Positions 38,579-50,866 are shown, counted from the stretch's first letter. The stretch is 64,000 nucleotides of DNA from an uncultured Gammaproteobacteria bacterium (GCA_963701455.1 CAVPAE010000001.1:15549-79548); one strand, 5' to 3'. The notes: generated by a model from the letters alone, not told the origin. Program-made: numbers and translations.

Positions 38579-39775
38579 TCAATGCCAAACACCATCATCT
38601 TTATCCGGCAAGTGTGGCGGATAATGCTTCATGATTACCTTGGTCACATACTCCAGGGCCTCTCTCACCGTATCCTCGATGTACCAGTTCTGAATAATCG
38701 GTATCCCCGCCTTGTCAGCCTCGCTCAGCAGCCATGATTGCAGTTCCCAGATATCGTCCAGCTTCTCCAGGTAGCGCGATTTCGAAAGGTTGCCGCTTTC
38801 GCGGTCACGCCGCTTCAACTGCTTGCGCAACAGTGACTTCTTCATGGTCGCAAGCTTGAGGGGAACCACGATGGCATTCGCGTTCCTGATATCGAGGTTC
38901 AATTCCGTCGGCACCACGTGAACACCCTCGACGATAAGGTGGTGGCGTTCCTTGATTGCACGGTTGATGGTGGCCTCCAGCGCCAGTTTCATTGCAGCGA
39001 ACTGCGACAGGAATCCGGCAATGACCAGGTTCTCTATTTCCAGGCGCTGACCTTCGATGGAACCCGGCAGGCCACGCCATGCCTCGAAGCTGGAGTACCC
39101 CAGGGTTGGCAGCATTTGCGGAGACAGGTAGGCGCGTATGATTTCCCGCATCATGTCGGTGGACTGGCTGCGGGAGATGTTCATGCGGTAGGCCAGTTCC
39201 GCTGACACGGTGCTCTTGCCGCTGCCCGTGGTACCCCCTACCAGGATGATCAGGGCATCACCGCTGTTTTCAAAGCGACGCCATGATAAATAACGCTCGG
39301 CCATTTCGGGTGAGCAATGCTCGTGCAGGCAGCGGTAAATCACACGGCGCAGGGCCTTGTGATCAATTTCCCGATGCCCGGTCTGCTGCAGACGCGCCTG
39401 GACCTTGCGCGCACCCTGCTGTGCGACCTCCTGTGAAATACCGCAGGCCTCCAGAGAATGCGCCAGGATCCCGGCGGAAAATGGCGTGCTGCGTGTCGGT
39501 GTGTGCACGATGATGCCCGGCTCCTGCTGCGGCTTGCTTGCATAGGCATGGCGCACCTCCCTGCCATAGCGAGCCTCCAGCAAATCGGCGACCCGTTCAC
39601 GCAAGCGGGTACTGGTGATCTCCTGCACATCCTGCAGTTCATTCCTGATGTTTTGCGCCAGTTCATAGGCCTCGGAAAAGGTCAGCCCGGCATTCACCAG
39701 TGACTGCACCATGATGCCGCGCAGGAACGGGGAGCGACTATCCTCGCCCCCTTTCAGAACCGTAATCTTCGCCAT
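38579..39775 (-). CDS. Tandem ATP-cone / 2-phosphoglycerate-kinase-like P-loop protein
   Basis: Two ATP-cone-like repeats (PFLRGIMVQSL; PFSAGILAHSL), GGTTGSGKST, STDMMREIIR, IVEGVHVVP. Confidence 0.82.
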   Translation of the reverse strand: MAKITVLKGGEDSRSPFLRGIMVQSLVNAGLTFSEAYELAQNIRNELQDVQEITSTRLRERVADLLEARYGREVRHAYASKPQQEPGIIVHTPTRSTPFSAGILAHSLEACGISQEVAQQGARKVQARLQQTGHREIDHKALRRVIYRCLHEHCSPEMAERYLSWRRFENSGDALIILVGGTTGSGKSTVSAELAYRMNISRSQSTDMMREIIRAYLSPQMLPTLGYSSFEAWRGLPGSIEGQRLEIENLVIAGFLSQFAAMKLALEATINRAIKERHHLIVEGVHVVPTELNLDIRNANAIVVPLKLATMKKSLLRKQLKRRDRESGNLSKSRYLEKLDDIWELQSWLLSEADKAGIPIIQNWYIEDTVREALEYVTKVIMKHYPPHLPDKDDGVWH

Positions 39776-39804
39776 GAACGTTCGGGTGCCGAATCCGGAA
39801 GTCG

Positions 39805-40629
39805 CTATTTTTCCGCGATCAGGAAGCAGACCCAGCCGGGGTCCGCGTCACCAACCGTTGCCGGTGAATAAACACCGGCGCCCTCACCGGTTTCCGGATC
39901 GGTCTCCTCCCAGTAAACCGTCACCCGGGAATACCCTGCCTCGGCAAGTATCTCGCGCAACTCCGGCAAGGTCCACATGCGCCATTCATAACTGAAGGCC
40001 CGCTTCAACCGGGAGCCATCGGGAAAGGCGAAGTGAATGTGGCACACCATCCGGCCATCAATGGGATTGTAGCTGGCATGCTCCCAGATATACTTGTAAC
40101 CCTTGTACTTGCGTTTTTCCTTGATTTCCCGGTAGGTATCGTAGCCACCAAAGGCATCGAGGAACAGGATGCCGTCATCGACCAGTGCCTCACGCACCTT
40201 GCTGAAATAGCTTCTCAGCTTTTCCCGGGTCATGAACAACTGGTAGCTGAAGTTCATGGCCAGCACCACATCGAAGGTCTCTGGCGTCTGCACCTCGCAA
40301 ACATCAGCCTCTATCAGGCTGACTCGCTCACGGGCCCCGGGCTTGAGGCGCGCCAGGTTGTGCTCCCTGGCCCAGCGGAGGACTTCCGGATCGAGATCGA
40401 CCCCGACGGCGGTGTTCTGCTTGCGGCGCCGGACCCATTCGCAGCACATGCTGGCCGTACCACAGAAATCTTCCCGCACATGCTGCGGCCGCCTGCCACG
40501 CAGCTTGCGAAACGTCTTGTTTACAAACCGGTATTCCTGATCAACGTCCTGGACGGACTTTTCATAAAGGACATGCCGGTCGGCAAGTTCCGCCATGGTT
40601 TTCTTTTTACGCTGCTGTTTATTTTTCAT
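39805..40629 (-). CDS. Class I SAM-dependent methyltransferase
   Basis: REDFCGTA motif I, GVDLD, EADV, FDVVLAMNFSY, DGILFLDAFGG. Confidence 0.88.
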   Translation of the reverse strand: MKNKQQRKKKTMAELADRHVLYEKSVQDVDQEYRFVNKTFRKLRGRRPQHVREDFCGTASMCCEWVRRRKQNTAVGVDLDPEVLRWAREHNLARLKPGARERVSLIEADVCEVQTPETFDVVLAMNFSYQLFMTREKLRSYFSKVREALVDDGILFLDAFGGYDTYREIKEKRKYKGYKYIWEHASYNPIDGRMVCHIHFAFPDGSRLKRAFSYEWRMWTLPELREILAEAGYSRVTVYWEETDPETGEGAGVYSPATVGDADPGWVCFLIAEK

Positions 40630-40884
40630 TTTCCGTCCACAGTCCCGGGGGTGTTATTCGGGGCCGGGATTATCGCACATCGTCCCCGCGCTTCGATACT
40701 GCGGACACCCCCCATGACAGCAAACCGTGGTTGGCATTATAATGCACTGGCAAAGCTGGATAATTCCTGCTGCCGCCAGGCCAACCACAATGACATATCC
40801 GGCGGGCAAGCAAGTACAGCAAACGCGGCAACCGCCGGGAAATCACACCATCCCGGCTCCAGGGAGAATGGGGGGGGGCAGAGT

Positions 40885-41922
40885 TTGAAGGATTTCCTGA
40901 ACATAAGATTTTCCGAATGGCGTGCAAACGCACACCGCAAACAGCAAGAGACGGCGAATACAGACGTCACGGATGTCCAGGACACCGTGGAGCGCGTGAT
41001 CGATGGCACGGACGGCAGGATCAGACTGGTATCCGGCTATCGGAACAAACTCCGGGATGTCATTCGTTCATCGCTGGCCTTCGCTGACGAGCTGGTCGAG
41101 AAGATTCCGGGCGGGATCGAGGTCAATCGCCATACCTTTGTCACCGACCCCTACGTCAATGCCTATTTTGCCAATGTGGCCGACATGCGGACCATCTTCA
41201 GCCACAGTTCCGAGATCAAGGATTTCATGGAAGGTTACGGCGACAACGACGCCATGGAGTGTTGCGCGCTACTGTGCATGCACATGTCCGAGAAGACGGT
41301 ACTGGGCATGGAAATGTCGGGTGAGATTCTGAAAAAGGATGTACGCCAGGTCGCGGTTAACTTTTCAGACCACAGAATCTATTCGCCAGCCCCGCGGGAA
41401 CCGGAAACCCGGCAGGGCCTGAAGCAATGCCTGTTTGACGGCCTGGTCACCAATGCCCTGGAACGCATTACCCGGATGCGGCTGACAAACTACCGGCTCA
41501 AGTCAGAACTGCAGATACTCAAGGGCAGGCAGCGTCGCGCTCAACAGGCCATGCAGAATTCCCCCGATGCCACCACATCCGCCGAGTATGAAGATACCTG
41601 CCGGCACCTGGAGCAGCTGGAAACAGAACTCTCGAAGACACCGCTTGCGACTCCCCAGGCCGCCATGGAGCAGGTGATCACGGTCTTTAAAAACCCGGAA
41701 GATTTTGTTCGGCTCAGGAAGTTTTCCCTCCGGCTGAACAAGATGGGGATTCTTATCGGGGATGACTCAAGGCAATCGTGCAACGAGATCGACCTGACGG
41801 AAGTCACGATCGGCGAGGCAGAACCACGGATTGTCACCCTCGCCAGGTTTCCGAAGTGCGAAATCCTGCCGCCGTCGACCCTGCCGGAAAGTAACGGTTT
41901 CTCGCCTGGCCAGGCAATGTAG
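40885..41922 (+). CDS. Conserved-looking hypothetical protein
   Basis: The coding-like part of track ORF 40033..41922 begins near TTG at 40885 (LKDFLNIRF...); the upstream part overlaps the methyltransferase on the opposite strand. Start is uncertain. Confidence 0.7.
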   Translation: MKDFLNIRFSEWRANAHRKQQETANTDVTDVQDTVERVIDGTDGRIRLVSGYRNKLRDVIRSSLAFADELVEKIPGGIEVNRHTFVTDPYVNAYFANVADMRTIFSHSSEIKDFMEGYGDNDAMECCALLCMHMSEKTVLGMEMSGEILKKDVRQVAVNFSDHRIYSPAPREPETRQGLKQCLFDGLVTNALERITRMRLTNYRLKSELQILKGRQRRAQQAMQNSPDATTSAEYEDTCRHLEQLETELSKTPLATPQAAMEQVITVFKNPEDFVRLRKFSLRLNKMGILIGDDSRQSCNEIDLTEVTIGEAEPRIVTLARFPKCEILPPSTLPESNGFSPGQAM

Positions 41923-41933
41923 GCCCGGGTCTG

Positions 41934-43194
41934 TCAGGCCGGTTCAACCTGCAGCTTGAGCACGGCACGGTCGGATGCCTCGGCCACGGTAAACCGGAAC
42001 CCGGCCTCGTCAAGAGACTCGCCCTCGCGCGGAATATGACGCAGGCGCGCCATCATCAAGCCACCGATGGTATGTGACTCGCCGATCGGCAGGCTCGCAC
42101 CCAGTATCTCGTTGACTTCTGATATCGGCAGGCGGGCATCCATCAGGTAGGTCTCCTCCCCCAGCATCTCGAAAACCCGCTTGCGCCGCGGCAGGTATTC
42201 CTCGAAGTCATAGCCGACATCGATTTCGCCGACCACTTCTTCCAGAATATCCTCCATGGTGATCATGCCAACGGCGGAGCCGAACTCGTCAACGACGATG
42301 GCCATGTGATCCTCGCGGTTACGCAGGACGGGCAGCAACTGGTCGATAGTCTGGAATGGAGATACGTAGTAGGCCGGCTCGATCAGTTCCTCCAGCGGGC
42401 GATCCGGCAGTTCGGCATCCATGAGATCCCAGGTCGTCAGGGTCACGACACCGACAATGTTGCTGATGTTCCGGCTGTACACCGGCAGGCGATTGTAGCC
42501 GCGCCGGCGCACCAGCGTAATGGCGCTGCGGGTATCGCGGTTGCGGTTCAGTGCCGTCATCTCGGCCACCGGAATCATGGCCTCGCCAACCGAGGTTTCC
42601 GCGAAGCGGATCACGCGTTTGATGCGCACGCTTGTCGAAGATATCGACATTGGCACCACGATCGGCCATCTCCACGACCATGCGCATCTGTTCCCGGGTA
42701 ATGAACACATTCTGCTCGGTCTTACCGCCACCGACCAGCCGCGCCCCAAGACGGGCAACACGCGAGAACACAAAGACTATGGGGTAAAACAGCGTGGAGA
42801 AGACGCGCAGGGGATAGACAATAATGGGCGCTATCTCGTTGGACTTTTGCTGGTAGACGCTCTTCGGAACGATTTCGCCCAGAATCAGGAACAACGGGGT
42901 AAACAGCAGCACCGCATACAGGTCTCCCATCTCACCGAAGAAGCTGATCATCAGCATGGTGCCCAGCGTCACCAGGACAACGGTCGATATATTGGTCCCC
43001 ACCAGGGTGGTTCCGAGCAGGACGTCCGGCGTCTGGAACAGCTTGAGTACCATTTTGGCGCCCCGATTGCCCTGGTTGGCCTTGTGATGCAGCTTGAGCT
43101 TGTCCGAGTTGACCAGCGCCATTTCCGACCCCGAGAAGAACCCCTTCAGGAGCAGCAGCACCACCATGACCAGGGCGATAATAATGTATTCCAT
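41934..43194 (-). pseudogene. CNNM/CorC (HlyC-type) transporter, subtype B, split by a +1 frameshift near 42630
   Basis: TM part (FFSGSEMALV, GTN, GEIVPKS) in 42319..43194 and CBS/CorC part (VVDEFGSAVGMITMEDILEE) in 41934..42773; total length 3x420+1 nt. Confidence 0.85.
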
Positions 43195-43208
43195 AACCGT
43201 GTCCTCGC

Positions 43209-44801
43209 TCAGTGGAGCGCCTTGTTCTCCCGATCCGACGGGGTCGTCATCATGCCCGTGTTCGGGTTCATTTGCGGCATAGGCCGGACCGGGACCTGAT
43301 CCGTTATCCGCCGGCAGCCTTTGCCGATCCCGGCGCCTGGCCCGGGCTCCGGTTCTCGATCGGCAGACACTGAGTCTTCAGCGCCAGTGGCGACAGGGCC
43401 CAGCGTCGCCGTCCCGTCTGATTCATCCATTCCCTGTTGGTCGATGGCCGCCTCCTCTGCACCCTCGCCACGACTGACCCGCACCCGGTCGATACGGTGC
43501 TCATCCATTTCCAGGATCGTAATGGTGATACCCTCGACCGTGACCTGGTCACCCACCTTCGGGAGCCGGTCCAGGTGGCGGAAAGCGACACCGCCAATCG
43601 TCGTCATGCGCGGGTCCTCGATACCGAAATTAGCGAGGTTATTGAAATCATTCAGCTTCATGTCGCCTCGCACTTCATAATAATTTTCGTCGCGCTCCTG
43701 GTAATGCTCCAGGCCCTCCACTTCGCCGGATATCTGGCCAAATATAAAGGTCAGCACATCCTTCATGGTGACAAAACCCTCGACGCCACCGAATTCGTTC
43801 AGGACGGCAGCGGCACGGGCATTTTTTGCCTGGAAGAAGTCGAACATCTCGTCGACTTTCTTGGTCAGCGGCACCACCACCGGGGGATGCATGATGTCGT
43901 CGGGGGCCATGGCTGAAAGATCGGTAGCGTCGATGATATGGCGCAGCACATCCTCGGCATGGACGAACCCGACCAGGTTATCGCGGTGCACGCGAAAAAC
44001 CGGCACCCTCGGATGCTTGAAAGTCCGGAAGTGTTCCACCATCTCCGGCACCGACATATCGGCATTGAGAAACGCCGTACGGGTGCGCGGTGTCATGATT
44101 TCAACGACCTCGGTATCACCCGCCTCCAGCAGGTTGTAGATCAGCGCGCGCTCGGTCGCGTTGAGTTCCCCCTCCCTGGCGACCTCCTCGACAAGGGTAC
44201 GGAATTCATCCAGATGCAGGATATTCTCGGCCGCCTTCTCCTCACCGACGATCAGCGTGGTAATGCGGTCCGCCACGCTGCGAAGTACCCATACCAGTGG
44301 CGCCACAATCCTGACCCACACATTCATGGGCGTGGCGACAACCCCGGTACTGATACGCACCGGATCCGAGACCGAGATGGTCTTCGGCGTCACCTCGCCG
44401 AACAGCAGCAGCAGGGGAACCATCACCAGCACACTGATCAGACCGGCGCGCTCCACACCATAGAGTGTCACCAGGATACCGGTCATGTTCGCGGCCGAGG
44501 CGATATTGACCAGTTCGTTGCCGCACAGGATGGAGATAATCAGGCGCCGGGGCTGGTCCAGCAGTGCGTGCAGTGTTTCCGAGTGGCGGTGCCGCTCGCG
44601 GCGCAATTTCTGCAGGTCAAGCCTGGAGAGCGAGAACAGCGCGGTTTCCGAACCCGAGAAAAATGCCGAGCCGCACAGCAGCAGCCCCTGCAGACACAGG
44701 CGGATGATCATATCGGTATCCGCCAGACGGGTGGTATCGAAGGCAAAGAATGCCTCCACCAGCGCCCACTGCTGCATCAACTCGTTGAGAACACTATCCA
44801 T
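43209..44801 (-). CDS. CNNM/CorC transporter, subtype A
   Basis: FFSGSETALFSL, GNELVN, GEVTPKT, MTPR, VLNEFGGVEGFVTMKD, CorC domain, acidic tail. Start taken at MDSVL (GAGG RBS). Confidence 0.9.
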   Translation of the reverse strand: MDSVLNELMQQWALVEAFFAFDTTRLADTDMIIRLCLQGLLLCGSAFFSGSETALFSLSRLDLQKLRRERHRHSETLHALLDQPRRLIISILCGNELVNIASAANMTGILVTLYGVERAGLISVLVMVPLLLLFGEVTPKTISVSDPVRISTGVVATPMNVWVRIVAPLVWVLRSVADRITTLIVGEEKAAENILHLDEFRTLVEEVAREGELNATERALIYNLLEAGDTEVVEIMTPRTRTAFLNADMSVPEMVEHFRTFKHPRVPVFRVHRDNLVGFVHAEDVLRHIIDATDLSAMAPDDIMHPPVVVPLTKKVDEMFDFFQAKNARAAAVLNEFGGVEGFVTMKDVLTFIFGQISGEVEGLEHYQERDENYYEVRGDMKLNDFNNLANFGIEDPRMTTIGGVAFRHLDRLPKVGDQVTVEGITITILEMDEHRIDRVRVSRGEGAEEAAIDQQGMDESDGTATLGPVATGAEDSVSADREPEPGPGAGIGKGCRRITDQVPVRPMPQMNPNTGMMTTPSDRENKALH

Positions 44802-44920
44802 TACCATCCGCCTCGACTGAACCTGCACGGCCCGGCCCGGTTTTGCCACGGGCCGAAATCCCGCTCCCGGAGACCCTGCCGCAGCACCTCTCCGACCCCG
44901 CCACAGTCCGGGGCGACACA

Positions 44921-44953
44921 TGTTACTCTAATATTAACCTAATACTATCCTAA
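44921..44953. promoter_or_regulatory. Three tandem 11-bp direct repeats in the divergent CNNM / ppk1 promoter
   Basis: TGTTACTCTAA TATTAACCTAA TACTATCCTAA. Confidence 0.6.
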
Positions 44954-45008
44954 CAGTCTGACCAAGCTGATATACTTCACAAGATAAATTCAAAGGAATC
45001 CTTTAACA

Positions 45009-47285
<2,277 letters not shown>

Positions 47286-47356
47286 CAAGGTAACTGCATG
47301 CAGAGCTACCCTGCGCAATCTCAACCACTGATCCGATTTCGAACAAGGAAACAACA

Positions 47357-47833
47357 ATGACGTCAAAGCAATCCAAACAGCCGATCCTGGTTCCGATCGA
47401 TTTCTCCCCCAATTCAGAATCCGCACTGCTGCAGGCGGCTGAACTTGCCGAAGCCCTGCAGGCACCAATCACCGTGCTTCACGTCGTGCATGACCTCACC
47501 AGAACCCCGGGTTACGACACCATGAAGGGCATGAAGAAGCAATTGCGCCGCATGGAGGATGTCGCCAGTGATATTGCGCAGGAGTACATGCAGGTTATTC
47601 AGAAAAAGTATCCGGATCTCGGCGCCCTGCACAGCGCTGAAACCCTGCTGGTCGTCGGTATCCCCGTCACGCGAATTCTGGAAGCGTCCGACAAAGTCGA
47701 TGCGCGCATGATCGTCATGGGCAGCCAGGGGCGTACCGGACTGTCGCACGTACTGCTGGGCTCGAAGGCCGAGCAGGTGGTCCGTCTGGCCAAGGTCCCG
47801 GTCATGATCGTCAAGGACAGACGCAAGAAATAA
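47357..47833 (+). CDS. Universal stress protein
   Basis: ILVPIDFSPNS, VLHVV, IVMGSQGRTGLSHVLLGSKAEQVVR. Confidence 0.93.
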   Translation: MTSKQSKQPILVPIDFSPNSESALLQAAELAEALQAPITVLHVVHDLTRTPGYDTMKGMKKQLRRMEDVASDIAQEYMQVIQKKYPDLGALHSAETLLVVGIPVTRILEASDKVDARMIVMGSQGRTGLSHVLLGSKAEQVVRLAKVPVMIVKDRRKK

Positions 47834-48082
47834 CCATATTCTTGCCGCACCAAAACAGGATTGATCAACGACTGCTACATCCTCCGTTCTGTGAGCAGGG
47901 CATGCCGGAAAAAAACACGTTCCCGGCACCCTGTCGCTGCAGGAGCAGGACAATCCAGCAAGGGTGTACTGCAGGAACATTCCCGTAACGAAGCGTTGAT
48001 CGGGATCGGTGGTAAAAAATTTCAGGCTGAAAATTCCAGCCGTACTGGCGCGGCACGACCCGCCTGATTGAAGGAGACCCTA

Positions 48083-49882
48083 ATGCATAACGACTTCAGC
48101 CTTGTTGCTGCCACGAAAAATGTACCCGGATTGCTGCTGCTGGCCTGTGCCGCCATGGCCGGACTGGTAGCCATGCCGGCGTTCGCCGAAACAGCGGATG
48201 CCCAGGTCATGGACTGGTGGACCATGAGCATGCAGCTGTTTGGCGGGCTGGCACTGTTCCTGTTCGGCATGGAGCAGATGGCGGACGCACTCAAGGCCGT
48301 CGCCGGTGAACGCATGAAGGTCATCCTGGCGAAACTCACCACCAACCGTTTCATGGGCGCGGCTACCGGCGCCTTCGTCACGGCTGTCATTCAGTCATCG
48401 TCGGTCACCACGGTACTGGTCGTGGGCTTCATCACCGCGGGTCTCATGTCCATGTCCCAGTCGGTGGGCGTCATCATGGGCGCCAACATCGGCACCACCA
48501 TCACGGCACAGATCGTCGCCTTCAAGGTTACCGAGCTGGCATTGCTGATGATCGCCGTGGGTTTCGGCATGCTGTTCACTTCCAAACAGGAAAAGATCAA
48601 GCAGTACGGTGGCATGATCATGGGTCTGGGTATGGTCTTCTTCGGCATGAGCGTCATGAGCGATGCCATGAAGCCATTGCGCAGCTACCAGCCGTTCCTT
48701 GACCTGATGACGAGCATGGAAAACCCGCTGGTCGGCATCCTCATCGCGGCGGCATTTACCGGGCTGGTCCAGTCCTCATCGGCCACAACGGGTATCGTCA
48801 TCGTCATGGCCAGCCAGGGCTTCATCACCCTGAATGCGGGTATCGCGCTTGCCTTCGGCGCCAATATCGGCACCTGCGTAACCGCGATGCTGGCCGCCAT
48901 CGGCAAGCCCCGGGAAGCGTTGCGAGCCGCCGTGGTACACGTGCTGTTCAATGTCTTCGGCGTGTTGCTGTGGGTCGGGTTTATTCCCTACCTGGCGGAA
49001 TTCGTCACCCTGATGTCTCCCGCCCATCCGGAACTGAGCGGCATTAACCGTCTGGCTGCGGAGGCACCGCGCCAGATCGCCAATGCCCATACCGTGTTCA
49101 ATATCGCGAACACCCTGATCTTCATCGGCTTCACCAGCCAGTTCGTGCGCCTGGTGGAAAAACTGGTTCCTGACAGGCCACTGGAAGATCTGCTCATTGC
49201 ACGACCCAAGTACCTGGACGAGGAACTCATCGCCACGCCGTCACTGGCGCTGGAACGCGCACGCATGGAAATCGGTCACATGGGAGGCCGCGTGCTGGAG
49301 ATGCTGGAGCGCATCATGCCGGCTATCACCACCGGCAACCGCAGCGCATTGAAACAGGTTGCCAAGATCGATGACGAGGTCGATATCCTGCATGGGCACG
49401 TCGTCACCTACCTGGGGCGCATCAGCCAGAAGGCCCTGACTGACGAACAGACCCGGGAACTGCTGCATCTCATGGGCGCCGTGAACGACCTGGAGAACAT
49501 CGGTGACATCATCGAAACCGACCTGGTACTGCTTGGGAACAAACGCATTGAGCAGGACGTATCCATCAGTGAATCCACCCGGGCCGTACTGGAGAACCTG
49601 CACGAGACGATCACGCTCACGGTTGAACTGGCGCTGAAGGCCGTGGCGGACTACGACGAGAAGGCCGCACAGGAAGTGATCGCCAGGAAAGGTGACATTA
49701 CCCAGCTTATGGAATCAGCCGCCATGCATGAAGCCAAGCGCCTGGTCGCCGAGGAACCCAACCGGCTTGCCGCCTATACGCTGGAAATGGATATCCTGGA
49801 GAAACTGAAACGCATCTATTATTTCGCCAAGCGCATGTCCAAGGCGATCATGCCCGCAGAACTGGCGGAGCGAGACAACTAA
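48083..49882 (+). CDS. Na+/Pi cotransporter family protein with PhoU-like C-terminal domains
   Basis: GGLALFLFGM, duplicated QSSS motifs, GANIGTT / GANIGTC, AHTVFN, DLENIGD. ATG at 48083 follows AAGGAG. Confidence 0.92.
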   Translation: MHNDFSLVAATKNVPGLLLLACAAMAGLVAMPAFAETADAQVMDWWTMSMQLFGGLALFLFGMEQMADALKAVAGERMKVILAKLTTNRFMGAATGAFVTAVIQSSSVTTVLVVGFITAGLMSMSQSVGVIMGANIGTTITAQIVAFKVTELALLMIAVGFGMLFTSKQEKIKQYGGMIMGLGMVFFGMSVMSDAMKPLRSYQPFLDLMTSMENPLVGILIAAAFTGLVQSSSATTGIVIVMASQGFITLNAGIALAFGANIGTCVTAMLAAIGKPREALRAAVVHVLFNVFGVLLWVGFIPYLAEFVTLMSPAHPELSGINRLAAEAPRQIANAHTVFNIANTLIFIGFTSQFVRLVEKLVPDRPLEDLLIARPKYLDEELIATPSLALERARMEIGHMGGRVLEMLERIMPAITTGNRSALKQVAKIDDEVDILHGHVVTYLGRISQKALTDEQTRELLHLMGAVNDLENIGDIIETDLVLLGNKRIEQDVSISESTRAVLENLHETITLTVELALKAVADYDEKAAQEVIARKGDITQLMESAAMHEAKRLVAEEPNRLAAYTLEMDILEKLKRIYYFAKRMSKAIMPAELAERDN

Positions 49883-50088
49883 GGGAAGCTTTGACTAATT
49901 CATCTTTCGTCATGGCGAGGCGATAAGATGGCCAGCGTAGATCCCGGAAAAACCAGAAATATTTACGCTATTCGCAACTTTTCCGTGTCCTTCCTGGATT
50001 CCGGCTACAGAGAATGCAGACACTCAGCGTGAGTTGTCAGCATCCGTTATTTTTAAAGTGGAAGCATACTAGCGCCATAACGGTCTGT

Positions 50089-50511
50089 TCAGGCAATATC
50101 GCTGCCGTCCGGCCGGGGGAAATTCTCCCGCAGGTAGGCAGCGAAATAGCGACACACATCCATGCTGGTGAGCACCCCGGCAAGCCTTTCCTTGCGAGTG
50201 ACGATGACCGCATCGATATGCCGCTCCGCCATGGCCTGCAGCACACGCTCGAGTGGCGCATTGATGTCGACGACGCAGGGATCCGGGACATAAACATCCC
50301 GGACCAGCAGATTTTCCGGCCGCACGTCTGCAGCCAGTCCCGCTGACATTTCCCTGTCGCTAATCAGGCCCACCGGCCGGTGTTCCTGGACGACAGGCAG
50401 GTGATGAAACCGGTGTGTTTCCAGCAACTCCCCGGCCTTTTCCAGGGGGGCATCCAGTTCCACCGCGTAGGGGAACGGTGTCATCAGTTGTTTCAGCAGT
50501 GGGACTTTCAT
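50089..50511 (-). CDS. Stand-alone CBS-pair protein
   Basis: LMTPFP, FHHLPVV..GLISDRE, IDAVIVT...GVLTSMDVC. Confidence 0.88.
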   Translation of the reverse strand: MKVPLLKQLMTPFPYAVELDAPLEKAGELLETHRFHHLPVVQEHRPVGLISDREMSAGLAADVRPENLLVRDVYVPDPCVVDINAPLERVLQAMAERHIDAVIVTRKERLAGVLTSMDVCRYFAAYLRENFPRPDGSDIA

Positions 50512-50590
50512 GGCTTGCCTGCCAGAACGGACTCGCACTGCGACAGTGGCGACGCGTTCCTGTAGCCAGCAGCAGGAGATGTCACCCGTC

Positions 50591-50866
50591 TCATTTTGAG
50601 GAAACCCTCAGGGGCTTCTTCTTTTTACCCAGCTTCTCTTCCACCTGCCAGCTGATCCGGATACTGATGCGATCGCGGTCTTCTTCCTGGGCAGCGGTCA
50701 CTTTCATGTGCAGCAGACCTTCCGGGCGCATCACGATCTTGTCGTCCCCGTCACTGAAAGACACCTTGCCTTTGGCGAGACCAGCGGAAATGGCCGCCAT
50801 GATTTCCTGTATCGAGGCCGCATCCTGCAACGATTCGTGCCTGAAACTCTTTTTACCCTGTCGCAT
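50591..50866 (-). CDS. Amphi-Trp domain protein (GAK-associated)
   Basis: 91 aa: FRHESLQD..SIQEIMAAISAGLAKGKVSFSD...ISIRISW; amphipathic helix, beta strands and terminal Trp; GAGGA RBS. Confidence 0.82.
   Translation of the reverse strand: MRQGKKSFRHESLQDAASIQEIMAAISAGLAKGKVSFSDGDDKIVMRPEGLLHMKVTAAQEEDRDRISIRISWQVEEKLGKKKKPLRVSSK

Noticed and set aside
40033-40884. 629-aa version of the hypothetical protein
   Set aside because: The first ~280 codons are antisense to the methyltransferase or intergenic and look non-coding.
49885-50040. AT-richer segment after the Na/Pi gene that looks like the left half of a dispersed repeat element
   Set aside because: No matching right arm or second copy in the window, so it cannot be supported without a genome search.
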